In this document: positions 1 through 12,736 of the stretch, in pieces
Layout: every line of letters starts with the position of its first letter
How positions within the stretch are numbered: position 1 is the stretch's first letter
Assembly: GCF_001194135.2 (NCBI RefSeq)
Contig: NC_068989.1
Coordinates: 1,191,040-1,255,039 of the forward strand
Length of the DNA: 64,000 nt
Direction of reading: 5' to 3'
Origin: Octopus bimaculoides
Taxonomy: Eukaryota
Notes under the pieces: generated by a model
The model's database searches: none
Seen by the model: the letters and a program-made list of their open reading frames with translations, nothing else
Told to the model about the DNA's origin: nothing
Program-made: the position numbers and the translations under genes

Positions 1-56
<56 letters not shown>

Positions 57-1409
57 CACCACACTCTACCACCCCTTCTGCACCCCCTATTGATTTTCTC
101 TTCCTCCATTCCACCCAGTTGGGGTTGCCTTCTAAAGACTGGTGGACTGCTTCCCCCACCCCTTCATCTTTTAGGAGAACCAAACAGCCTCACCCCATTC
201 CCCACAACCAGTACACTACCCCCTTTCCAGCAACATTTTAGCTCTTTATTTTCTTACGCACACACACACTCTCTCTCTCTCTCTCTCTTTCTGTGTGTGT
301 GTGTGTGTGTATATATATATTTGTATATATGTATATGTGTATTTATATGTGAATGGATATGTATCCATCCATCCATCCATCCATCCATCCATCCATCTGT
401 CCATTCATCCCTGAACCTATCCTTCCTCCAACTGACCACCACAGTTGACCAGAAGCCTTTCAATAAAACTCCTTTTGCAATTCATTCCACATGACAGCTG
501 GATTGTCGTTGTTGTTATTGTTGTGGCACAGCCTTTGGTCAGTTCTGATTGAGAATTAGAATCAAAGATGTTCAAGCGTTGACCGTCATCCCCCACTCCC
601 ATACCTTAAAGCTCTCAACTAGTACAATGCCACGCCTCCCTTCAATACGACCCCCCCCCCANNNNNNNNNNNNNNNNNNNNNNNNNNNNNNNNNNNNNNN
701 NNNNNNNNNNNNNNNNNNNNNNNNNNNNNNNNNNNNNNNNNNNNNNNNNNNNNNNNNNNNNNNNNNNNNNGTTGAGGGAGCTTTTGTTTTGTAATGCCTT
801 GTAAGGTATTTGGTGATCCTGTTGGTGCTGGTGCCCCATAAAAAAGCACCCAGCCCACTCTGTAAAGTGGTTGGCATTAGGAAGGGCATCCAGCCGTAGA
901 AAGCATGCCAAAACAGACAATGGGACCTGATGTGGCTCATGGCCTTGCCAGCTCCTGTCAACCCATCCAACCCATACCAGCATGGAAGGAGGACGTTAAA
1001 TAATGATGATGATGATGTACATTGTGTGTAGGGCTGCTGCGTCATCAGGGATACATGTTTCCTCCTTTTAAAACTAAGGTGTGATATGAGGGAGATTTGG
1101 CTGTCATTTCTTGCAAGTTGTATTACCTACAGGTGGTCGTTGCAGTTGTTGTTATTACAGTTGATAAAAGACTCCATGAAAAGTTGCTCTGCCAATGTTT
1201 CCAAACTTGTCCAGCCAATTGCTCCCTTTAGTCTCTCGTGATGGGATTGGATATTTGAGAAGAGGAGGGTCCATCAATAAACCCCTACATTCCTTCAGCA
1301 ATCACTTCACTCCTATTCATCTCCTACAACAATCGTAGTATTCCTTCTGTCAGATGATTTTACACACTGTTACAAACATTGGTCTACAGCAGCAGCCCAC
1401 AGCCTTTTT

Positions 1410-1720
1410 TTTAACGTCTGCTTTCCATGCTGGCATGGGTTGGACGATTTGACTGAGGACTGGTGAGCCAGAGGCTGCACCAGGCTCAATCTGATCTGGC
1501 AAAGCTTCTACAGCTGGATGCTCTTTCTAACGCCAACCGCTCCAAGAGTGTAGTGGGTGCTTTTATGTGCCACCGGCACGAGGGCCAGTCAGGCAGCACT
1601 GGCAACGACCATGCCCAAATGTTGTTTTTCATGTGCCAGTAAGGCGACGCTAGCAACAATTACGCTTGAATGGTGCTTTTCACATGTCACCCACACGGGA
1701 GCCAATCTGTGGCCCTGGCA
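1410..1720 (-). mobile_element. RTE 3'UTR fragment with about 3 tandem units
   Basis: Same family. Shorter copies at about 822-1017(+), 5608-5803(+), 6030-6212(-), 17483-17670(-), 18800-18985(+), 22412-22620(+), 30660-30830(-), 31840-32030(+), 41470-41635(+), 43073-43266(+), 44873-45131(+), 47520-47729(+), 57165-57320(+); boundaries approximate. Confidence 0.8.
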
Positions 1721-3711
1721 AAAGCAAGAATATCTTATAGACTGCAGTAGTTAATGAAACAGAAGTAAAATTAAAGAATCTATTCTTTCTTGTGGTTCAG
1801 TATTAAATGACCCCCCAAATTGGTTTGTCCCTTAGTGGTTGAGGATCCTTGGTCCACGTTCTTTCGCTCTCTTTCTTTCATCTAAAGACTCCTCACAGCT
1901 AATTTAGCTCTTACTGACTCTGCTACACTGAAAAGTATAAAAAATACTGAAGCAACATTCCATTGTCATCATTGCCCCCTACAGACCAAGATTAGACCCC
2001 CACTCCACATACTCAGGAGAAGTGAAGATTTTAAAATCAATTTTTTGAAATTATTTCCTATCAATACATTTTCCATTCTATCAAGTGCTAACGATTATTC
2101 CTTCTCAGTTTTTGTTTTCTTTCTCCAACTAAGAGGTAGATTACAATTCATTGAGACAGTTTTATGTTCATCTTTCAGTATGTCAACACTTTATTACTTT
2201 ATTGTCATCATTGCTCTTCTTTGTTGTTGTTGTTGTTGTTCATATTTCTGTTGTGTTTGCCATCCCCCCCTCTCTCTCTGTTATTGATGCTCTCTTGTTT
2301 GTTGTTCTTTCTGTTCATGTTGTTGTTGTATTGTTTACTTTCAAAGATTAAATTTACTTCCCACAATCCTCTTCTCCTTCTCTTCTGCTTTCCTTCAATT
2401 TACTTTTTGTTTTTATATCTGTCTTTCAAGTTCACTTATCATCATCATCATCATCATCATTATTATTATCATCATATGTATTTACACACACACACACACA
2501 CACATACTTTTACATATACATTTTTTTAATATATATGCTATGTTTAGTTCTTTCCAATTTCTCTTTCCTGTATTTTCTATTTCCAACCTTGGCCAACCCC
2601 CTCACCATCTGTTTTGCCATTCCTCTACTCCACCCACACACATCCCTGGCCTCATTGTCTGTAATTTAATAAAAGAAAACAAGGAATCAAATAAAGAATC
2701 CATCTAAAAGCTGCCCCCCCCCGTTACCCCTTCCCTCCCACCTGAGAAGAGTTCAATTTTAATTGCTATATTGTCAGAAACACACTCCGTTCCCAATAAA
2801 GAAATAAAACTTTTAACAACAAAATATTACTTTGAAATTTAATAGCATTTCAACATTTAGTAGACATCTTGTCAAAGTCTTGGAGAATATATGCGCACGT
2901 GTGTGTGTGTGTGTGTGGGGGGGGGTATCTGTGTGGGCATGTTTGTGTGTTTTTATATGTATTTGTGTGCCTATATAGTTGTGTGTTATGTATGCTACAT
3001 ATATATGTGTATGTGTGTGTTATGTATGCTATATGTGTGTGTGTATGTTTATTTTGCTCTTCACTTTATCTCTCTCTCTCCCTCTCTCTGTCCTTCTCTC
3101 CCTCTCTCTCTCCCTTTCACTGGGTGTAATTGACTGAGTAAATTGATTTCTTAGATGCCAGAAGTTGGTAAAGTGCTTGCTTCCTGGAGGTGATTCTCTG
3201 TGAGAAACTCTGGCAATTTAAAGAAAAAAGAAAAAAAAAATTGTAATTAGATTCAATCCACAGCAATGTATACTATATTTAATTATACATATTATACATT
3301 TACCACCACTGCCACCACCACCACCACGTTGTTGTTGTTGTTCATATTTCTTAAAATAATTCCCACCAATAAAAGCAATCTCTTTTTGTACATTAGACTA
3401 GGTTTATGGTTTTCTCTCTCTCTTCTAATCTCTAAGAACTTTCCAGTTTTTTTTTCATTTGTTATTTCTCAGTTTTAATGGCTTCTGAAATTTTCTAATT
3501 ATATTTTCATATTCAAAGTTTTTTTTTATTTTTTACTTATGTATATATATATGTAATAAAATATGGGGAAAAAAGAAAACACACACACACACACACATAT
3601 ATACACATATACACACACAAATATATATATACACATACATATATATACACACACATACATATATGTATACACACAAACATATACATATATATACACAAAC
3701 ATATACATATA

Positions 3712-3745
<34 letters not shown>

Positions 3746-3803
3746 CACACACATACATATATATACAAACACATAGTTTTTATATATTTTGAATTATTTG
3801 TTG

Positions 3804-3862
<59 letters not shown>

Positions 3863-4692
3863 TACAATTTTCTTGTGTGTGTGAACGTTTTCCTTTGTCT
3901 CTTGTCTAATGCACTCACATGGGTTTTGCCTAATCTTTTCTTTTCCCCGGTGTTCTTATTTGCAATGAATGTTGTTTTAACTCAATTCATTCTTTTATGC
4001 TTTGATGGGAATAAAGTACATAGCGATGGCAAAGAGGAAAACTAACAGAATTGGGAAATAGTTAAGTGTTTATTGATATGAACTTTCTCCGAAGGGTCAA
4101 GGGACCCCCATCAACTTCCATCAATCGTCAAACCATTACAGTTCCGATGAAATGAAAGTAAATGAGTGTGTTTTGTATAGTGATACAATTGTAGAGATAT
4201 TGGATTCAAATTCTGGCACAAGGCCAGCAATTTCCGGGGGTGGGGGTTGAAGCTGATCACATCGACAACAGTGCTTGACTGGTACTTATTTTATCGACCC
4301 TCAAAAGGATGAAAGGCAAAGTCAACCTCGGTGGAATTTGAACTCAGAACGTGAAAATGGATGGAATGCTTCTAAGCATCTTGCTCACTGCCTTGTTGCA
4401 GATAGACATTGCATAGATTCTAACTAAATATTGAACATTGACTTGAATTAAAGTGTTTACATATTTGTGTTTATATTGTTGCTGTTGTTGTCATAGATTG
4501 TGCTATAACTAAAATATTTTAACAACTTTACTAATACAATTCTTAATAATACTTAATTATTGAAATATAACGGAATTTTTCTTTTAACTTGGAGTAAAAG
4601 AGAGATCAAAGGGTTCATAACCAAAAAAGGGCTGAGCCCTACTGTTCTTCACATTTCATTCACCTCAGCTCTTTCATTATATTTCAAAAGTG

Positions 4693-4908
4693 GGGCAGCG
4701 AGCTGGCAGAATCGTTAGCACGCCGGGCGAAATGCTTAGCAGTATTTCATCTGTCTTCACGTTCTGAGTTCAAATTCCACTGAGGTTGACTTTGCCTTTC
4801 ATCCTTTTGAGAGTCAATAAATTAATTACCAGTTGTGTACTGGGGTTGACCTTATCAACTGGCCCCTTCCCCCAAATTTTCAGGCCTTGTGCCTAGTGTA
4901 GAAAAGAT
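4693..4908 (+). mobile_element. tRNA-derived SINE (family C, Meta-like central domain)
   Basis: TGGCAGAATCGTTAGC A-box, GAGTTCAAATTCC B-box, GACTTTGCCTTTCATCC...TACCAG core. Other copies at about 4213-4390(-), 16462-16660(-), 19210-19300(-), 27870-27980(+), 29557-29700(+), 30098-30295(+), 51680-51868(-), 63183-63390(-), 63428-63650(+). Confidence 0.75.
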
Positions 4909-4979
4909 TATATTTTCAAAATCACCTCCTACTCCTGGCATCTGGTTCCAGCTCTCACTCAATATCACCTGTTACCTGC

Positions 4980-5019
<40 letters not shown>

Positions 5020-5338
5020 TTTCTCTCACCAGGAGAAGAATTTCAGGCGAGGGTATGCCTGTGGGATATATTGGAGTTAATGACACGCTCCACATGTGGC
5101 CAACTCCTCTTCATTTATGATTTATGATGTCATCTGTTACATTCCCCAGCTTCGTTTTCACTGAGATAAACAAACTGTTGGCATAAAATATTGAACTGCA
5201 AATGACTTTCCATCAAATGACTTTAGTTTTTCTTTCTGGCTACAGTTTTGTTATTTATCTGGCTGTGATATTACAGTCGCATAAACTCTCTTTGCTTTTT
5301 AGGCCAGCTTCCCAATCTCTCAATAATCATTGTCTCTC

Positions 5339-5374
<36 letters not shown>

Positions 5375-6576
5375 GGTGTGTGTGAGTGGGTGAGCGAGTG
5401 GGTGAGTGAATGGGTGGGGGATGAGTGAGTGAGTGAGCGAGCGAGTGAGGGGTGAGTGAGTGAGTGAGTGGGTGGATGGGTGGGTGAGTTTGTGTGAGTG
5501 AGTGTGTGTGTGTGTGTGCGCAAAGGTGCAAGACAAGGTAAAGAAAATAGTACTCAAATACGAAAGGTAGAGTGAAATATTATTTTATTGAGGTGAAAAG
5601 GCTCCGGTGCTGGTGCCATGTGAAAAGCACCCTTTCTACACTCTGTAAAGTTGTTGATGTAAGGAAGGGTATCCAAATGTAGAAGCCATGTCAAAACAGA
5701 TACTGGAACCTGGTGCAGCTCTCCAGCCTCGCCAACTCCTGACAAACTGTCCAACCCATGCCAGCATGGAAAACGGATATTGATGATGATGATGATGATG
5801 ATGAGGCTGGTCACAATGCACTTTGCATTGTTTTAGCCTTTGAATGATTCCACCCTGTTGGCAAGGCGAGCAAGCCAACATTCACCCCCTTATCAAAAGG
5901 GGGTAGTGGAGCAACATGAAGTGTTTTGCTCAAGAACACAACACACTGTCTGATCCTCAGTGCAACAGCCTAACCACTTGGCCATGTCCCTTCACACACG
6001 CACACATGCATGGGTGCACACACACCATCAACATCATCATCATAATTTAATGTCTGTTTTCCATGCTGGCATGGGTCAGATGGTCTGGCAGGAGTTGGCA
6101 AGCCAGAGGGCAGCACCTGGCTGCAATTGTCTGTTCTGGCAGGGTTTCTCTGACTGGACGTCCTTCTTAATGCTGACCACTTTGCAGTGTGTAGAAAGGG
6201 TGCTTTCTACATGACCCCCCAGCATGGGTTTTGTGACTCGTGTAGATCTGTGGTTCGAGTAAGATTTACTTTGGTAGCAGCTGGGTAAATCTAAGACATT
6301 ATTTACCGTGTCTTGAAGTATTTAGAAGCCATCAGCCGACAGAGGCAGTGTGGAATTTTCTTGTAGGAGAAAAATGAACAAATTGTGATTAGTATGTTTC
6401 CTTGTGGATTTGGAGAAGAATTATTTCCCATCTCACTTCATCTCATTCTTCTTCCTTTTGTCCTTTGCTTGACTCCGTCTTTCTTTCAATCAATCAATCG
6501 ATTGCACTTGTCACATATAATCAGATTCTTTATATTCCTGTCATGTCTCGCATCACTACAAGTTGTTATTCTGTCT

Positions 6577-6613
<37 letters not shown>

Positions 6614-6883
6614 AGATTAGCATCTTTCAGGTTAATATTTAAGTTGAAACCTGTCCTGTTTGCTATTTGTTCAGCCAATAACATACTGTGTCTGACTTGT
6701 ATATTAATGATATAGTTAATGAGTTAGAATGCTTTAGGGAATGAAACGACAGAAATCTAGGCAAGAACAAGTGTAAAAGTTTATGGAAACAAATGGAGTG
6801 TTGTGTTGCATGTGAAGGAGATATAATTTTCTTCTAACCTGGACACGGTTACTTCTTACTAAGTTCTTCCCTTACTTTATATA

Positions 6884-7090
6884 TATACTAGCAGCTAAGC
6901 CCGGTTTCACCCGGTCTGTTTGGATGGTGTGGCTGTGATCGTTTTCGGTTAGGCATAATCTATAACAGCCTTTCTCAACGTTATCATTTTGGGTCCCCTG
7001 TTTTGATCGGAGCCTCCAGCTGTATGAAAATTTCTTGACCCCGCCCACCGTCAGAAAATAACGTTTGAGCATAAAACAAATAGAATATTT
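6884..7090 (+). mobile_element. Possible Helitron/Helentron-type non-autonomous terminus
   Basis: TATACTAGC...CCCGGTTTCACCCGG (CCGG-N6-CCGG hairpin) next to (TA)n resembles recalled Helitron-like ends; the extent is a guess. Confidence 0.3.
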
Positions 7091-8081
7091 AGGCCTGATG
7101 TGATCAGTTTAAATGCTAAAAGGATAAGCACACATCACTGCTGTCTAAAAGCATTTGGTTGAATGCTTAAGGGTTAAAATACTGTTATTTGTAGGCAGAG
7201 AAGAACAACAATTGCTGAGATTCCAGGTTTTAAAATACTTTTGCTTTCCAAATATCATTGCCATGATCTCTCCCACAACTCTGATGATGATGATGGTCAC
7301 TGCTGCTGCCATTTTTTTTTTGTCCATTTTCTTCAAGGTTTGCTCTTAGCTTTCATCTCTTCTTCATGTCATAACTTTGGTAATTTCTTTGTAAAGGTTT
7401 CCTGGTTCCCTTTTTTCTTATTTCTTTTTGCTTTTCTTTGCTTTATAAAATATTCTTGAAAACTAAGAAATTGTGATCAAAATTTAGTTGTTTTGGCAGA
7501 GAACCAGACAGACCGTCTTTGAGAGCTGAGGAACATGCTTCCAACGATTTTCCAAGAATATAAATAAACATGATGGGTCCTCCCTCTTTTTCTTTCCCCT
7601 TTTTTATAGCACTTTGATTACTGGCCAGTTGGACTGATTTTTGTACTTAAAATGTAGCTGCAATCTTTTCTGTAAATAAACAGTGATGATGATGATGATG
7701 ATGATAATGATGGTCTTGTTGTTGGTTTTGGTGCTGTTGTTGTTGTTGGTGTTGGTGGTAGTGCTTAACCTTTGCAGAAGACCAGACTTTCTTTTGGTTT
7801 TTTTAAGGAAGCAGCTTCGTTGATTGATTCAACTTCCATGTCTGGCTCTGCTTACTTTATTGACTTCTGACAAATGAAAAAGGAAAAGTCAACTCTGAAA
7901 GAATTTCACCACAAAATCCATATAAATGAAATGGAATCCTGCTGTATTATTATTATTATTATTATTGTTATTACTTTCCAGGAGCCGACTTATTCTTTCT
8001 TACATTTAGGATCTCATAGAATTCAATGCATGTACAACGTGAGACCAAATTTATAGTGTTCTATATAAATTTACAAAGCAC

Positions 8082-8462
8082 AGGAGTGGCTGTGTGGTAA
8101 GAGGTCTACTTCCCAGCCACATGGTTCTGGGTTCAGTCCCACTGTGTAGCACCTTGGGCAGGTGTCTTCTACTATCGCCTTGGGCTGACTAAAGCCTTCT
8201 GAATGGATTTTGTTAACAGAAACTGAAGGAAGTCCATCATATATATATGTATGTGTGTGTTTATCCTCCACCACTGTTGACAACTGCTGTTGGCATGTTT
8301 ATGTCCCCTTAACTTAGTGGTTCAGTAACAGAGATCAATAGAATAAGTACCAGGGTTAAAAAAAAAAAACGTACTGGGGGTCAATTTGTTTGACTCAAAA
8401 TTCAAGATCGTGCCCCAGCATGACTGTGGTCTAATGAATGAAACAACTAAAAAAAAAGAAAA
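8082..8462 (+). mobile_element. tRNA-derived CORE-type SINE (family B; possibly octopus OR2-like)
   Basis: GGAGTGGCTGTGTGGTAAG head, GGGTTCAGTCCC B-box, CORE-like ACCTTGGGCAGGTGTCTT, tail ...ATGAAACAAC. Other copies at about 10684-11062(-), 12263-12830(+, interrupted), 40502-40660(+), 46212-46503(-), 48400-48520(-). Confidence 0.75.
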
Positions 8463-9357
8463 GCAAATATATTAATTAGTTGTTTTGGCTTAATTACTTT
8501 CTCATTGTGCCTCTCTTTTTGCTGCCTGCCTGCATCTGTTCTTTAATATACAAGTGATTTTGTAATAATCAAATCTCCATCTTAGAAATGACATAGAAAG
8601 AAGCTTCATCTCTCTGAAGGGTTAAAATCTATCCTATCTACAGCAGAAGACTTTAAGTTTTAACCTGTGTGTATTTTATGTTGGAGACTGAACTCTCTGT
8701 CCACTTGGTGACTTTGCATTGGGAGGTTGGAGTCTGTAGAGAAAGAGAGAGAGAGAGTTAGAAAGGTTTGGGTTGTCCGTAAATTGAATCACGTTCACTG
8801 GCATTCTTGTACATGTCCAGGTCAGAAATGTATTCGTTTCCCATTGCAGTGGAATCGGTGATTAACATTTCAATTAACCTCTTCTGACTTCAGTCAAACA
8901 ACTACAAACATTTACCATCTTGATGGCAGCTATTCACCCAGCTTGCTGACTACCTGTGACATAAACGAAAAGAATTTATATTACAAGTTTCTCCCTTTCT
9001 ACCTTTTTCTTTACTACTGTAACTTTGCCTGTCTATCTGTCTGTCTGTCTGTCTGTCTGTGTGTCCTCTGCATTTTTACATTTACCTATTTATCTATCTG
9101 CCTATGCATACACACACGTCTATACACATAGGCAAAGCATATTTATATACACACTACATATACCTATATTTAGACACTACACATACACCTATATGCACAC
9201 ACATACACATTCTACAAGCACGTATAGATGCACACATAGACCCACGCCTTTATAAAACGCACACACACGCACACATTTACAAAAACATACTCTCCACTCA
9301 TGTACACACTCACCGAGACAACACCTGCACACACACTCACCGAGACAACACCTGCAT

Positions 9358-9388
<31 letters not shown>

Positions 9389-9518
9389 TTAGAGTGTGTG
9401 AAAGCAGCAGACATACAATCACACGCTGTGAGTCAATGAAGAATGTTGTTCCTTTTATTTTCTTTCTTCACACACACACACACACACACACGCACACACA
9501 CACACACGCACACACACA

Positions 9519-9550
<32 letters not shown>

Positions 9551-9637
9551 CACGTGCCTCCACATGTGTAAAGAAGGCTGGATCCCAAACGTAAAGCAGC
9601 ATCACAACATTTTTGTAGCTGAAATCACAACATTCGG

Positions 9638-9677
<40 letters not shown>

Positions 9678-10012
9678 TAGTAGTAGTGGTAGCGGCAGCA
9701 GTGGTGGGGGTGGGAGCATGCGCTATAACAGCACACTCCTGCATCCACCATTTGTTGGTGGTTCCCTACCCCTGGAGAATGATACCTTTGCACCACTGAG
9801 GTGACACCCCTCCAACCCATGGGTCTGTTTGGGTAGTCGTTGCTGGTGGGAGGTTTTACGAGGTCAGAGTGCTGCAACTCCTACTTCAACCACTTTTAGT
9901 CCCCCTTTACGACATGCAGAGGGAACGTGGGGTCTATTCTTTGGCTTGCCGGTTCCCACATGGCACGGCTTTCATCAGGGGATTCTGAAAATGAGGCATT
10001 TTGAGATATGTG

Positions 10013-10048
<36 letters not shown>

Positions 10049-10051
<3 letters not shown>

Positions 10052-10510
10052 GGTGTGGTGAATAAACTGTCATCTAATTTATGCAAAAATGAAAATAACA
10101 CTGACATCTCATTTTAACAGATATATTTACCAAAATTACATAAAAATTTCTTGAAATACTAAAGAGTAAATTTATTCAATAAAATCGCCATTGGTTCCAA
10201 CCACGGCCTCCAGATGACTTTGGCATCTCCTGCAACTTTTCTGGACAGGCTCCTTGTTTAAGTTGGTGAATACTGCCATAATCCTTGCCTTCAGTTCATC
10301 TTTGGTTCTACAAGGAGTTTTGTTGGTCTCTTGCTCAACTGTGCCCCACAAATAATAATCAAGGGGGTTGCGGTTTGGGCAGTTAGGTGGCCAGATAGGG
10401 GTGATGTGGTTGCAGAAATTGTCTGACAGCCATTCCTGGGTCCTCCTGCTTGTGTGGCAGGGTGCCGAGTCCTGTTGCCAGGCATAGGGTCTAACAGCAG
10501 CCACCCTCAA
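10049..10510 (-). mobile_element. Tc1/mariner (maT, DD37D-like) transposon 3' fragment
   Basis: QQDSAPCHTSRRTQEWL...WPPNCPNRNPLDYYLWG transposase C-terminus with 36 residues between the second and third Asp; TIR-like CAGGGTG end at 10049 beside a (TA)n run. Confidence 0.85.
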
Positions 10511-11714
10511 TGAGATTATTATTACCATCCACTTTTCTAAATGGAAATCTTAAGATGCTTATATATTTGACTCTGTGTCTGGCCATGTCCATCTCAAGCA
10601 GTGATTGATTTCTTCGACCAAATCAATATTTCAAAGGTTTAACTAATCTAAACAAAAATATTTAAACCTTCCTTTTTTTTTTTTATCTTTTACTTGTTTC
10701 AGTCATTAGATTGTAGTCATGCTGGAGCACACCTTGATGAATCTTAGAGAAATGAATTGACCCCAGAATTTATTTATTTTTTAAAAACCAGTTACTTGTT
10801 CTATCAGTCTCTATTGCTGAACCGCTCAGTTATGGGGATGTAAACACACCAACACCGGTTATCAAGCAGCAGGGGAGTCAAACACATACACACGCACGTG
10901 CGTGATGAGTATCTTCCAGTTTCTGTCTGCTGAGTCCACTGAGAAGGCTTTGGTTGGCCTGAGGCCAAACAGTAGAAGACACCTACCCAAGGGTGCCATG
11001 CAGTGGGACTGAAACTGGAACCACGTGGCTGGGAGGCAAACTTCTTACCGTACAGCCACACATTGCATCTATAAATATAAATATAAATATATAAATATTC
11101 GTCTAACTGTAGCAATACATCAACGATTGCCTTGTATCTAACTCCCCCCCCCATGCTCTTTACATTCTAAATACTGATGATAGCTGTGTGAAGATAAACT
11201 AAAATAATGATGTCCGTTCATGTGATTAAATTCCCTCAGGCCATGTGACTCGATTTCTTGGAATTGTCTGAACAAGTCACTTAATTATTTCTAATTTCAT
11301 GCTCAGTCACTGACCAAGATAATTTGGAGAAGTGGGTCATTCTTACATTGGACTTTCTTTGGTAGCATCTGTTTAAATGCAGAATTGCAAATATATATGA
11401 CAGAAGAATCCTGTTCCTAACAACTACCACCACCACCACCACCATCACCACAGTATGTGTGTGTTGAACGTTTTGCTGCTAATACAAAGAATTGATTTGC
11501 AATAAGCTTCCTGAAGAACCTAATTTGACTGTCACCAGAATTAATCTGTTGATGGAGATAAAAGTTAATTTGTCACCTGCTCTATCTGGCAGCAATGTGT
11601 GCACGCATGCAAGCACACACACACACACAGAGCAAGACAAATAAAGAAACAAATGGTTACTTGCTAATGGAATTGATTTTAATATTGACTTGTTTTTATA
11701 TCTTTGTCTTCTTT

Positions 11715-11746
<32 letters not shown>

Positions 11747-12445
11747 GTGCTGGCAATGCTCAGGTTCCAACAGGTCTGCAAATCAATAAAATGTCTTTTG
11801 CCGTTTCTGACAAAACAAGCAAAAATGAACATTTGTCTGTTTTTGTTGTTGTGGTTGTTATTGTATGTGTGGGTGGGTGGACGGGAAAGTGTCTGTTGCT
11901 GTCCTTCAGTTCCAAACTCAAGTGTTGTCCCCAGAGGCTACTAAATCCCACCATTGTGACCTCATTGCTGCCGCCACTACCACCATGGCCACCACCACTA
12001 TTTCCACTGTTCTCATCACAGGATACCACCACCACTTCCATTGAAATCTCTGTCCCACCAGCCGAGTCCTCTCTCTCTCTCTCTCTCTGCCACTGTCACA
12101 GATCTTTGGTGATTTAAGAACAGGAGAGACAGCACAATAAGGCAATCCTGTCTTGTCTTGTTCTTCTGCTCTTCAACCTTAAACATGGGCAACAGAACAA
12201 GACAAGACAGGACAGAATAATAAGCAACAAAATGCCTGGAGAACAGACTCAAGTTCACTGGTGCAGGTGTGGCTGTGTGCTAAGAAGCTTGCTTCCCAGT
12301 CGTGTGGTTCTGGGTTCAGTTCCACTGTGTGGCACCTTGGGCAAGTGTCTTTTACTATAGCCTGGGGTCGACCAAAGAAGCCTGTTGTGTGTGTGTCTTT
12401 GTGTCTGTCGTCCCTCCCCAATGCTTGCCAACCAGTGTTAGGGTG

Positions 12446-12736
12446 GAGTTTGCCACCATAACATGGCAGTCCTGGTTTAGGATGAATGTTGCTGTAATTT
12501 AGCCCCAGGAAACATCGTCTCCAGCTGGCTATACAACACGCTCGGTGTCCTTATATTTTCGAACAAGGGAATCGAGCACCCCCACTCAGCTCAAAACAAT
12601 ATCCAGAAATTGCGATCTCCAGGTTATTTCCGTTCATTCGTCCTAAACCAGGACTGCCATGTTATGTTGGCAAACAATCTTTGCCCCAAAGCACTGTGGC
12701 TGAATATCTCTCGGGAGACTCAAGAATAGTGATTTT
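12446..12736. mobile_element. 291-bp insertion with asymmetric 41-bp inverted repeats inside a CORE-type SINE
   Basis: IR 12448-12488 with 12635-12675 (39/41); flanked by a 13-bp direct repeat CAGTGTTAGGGTG (12433-12445 and 12737-12749); the host SINE resumes after it. Confidence 0.75.

Noticed and set aside
3526-4045. Long ORFs rich in HT/YI/CV dipeptides (also many others in the track)
   Set aside because: Translations of (CA)n, (TA)n and (AG)n microsatellites with no protein-like content.
9301-9360. 26-bp tandem duplication CACACACTCACCGAGACAACACCTGC
   Set aside because: Local slippage within a (CA)n tract; no further structure.
10172-10528. Intact transposase gene
   Set aside because: Only the C-terminal third is present, the SPDLNP motif is mutated and there is no second TIR; reported as a fragment.
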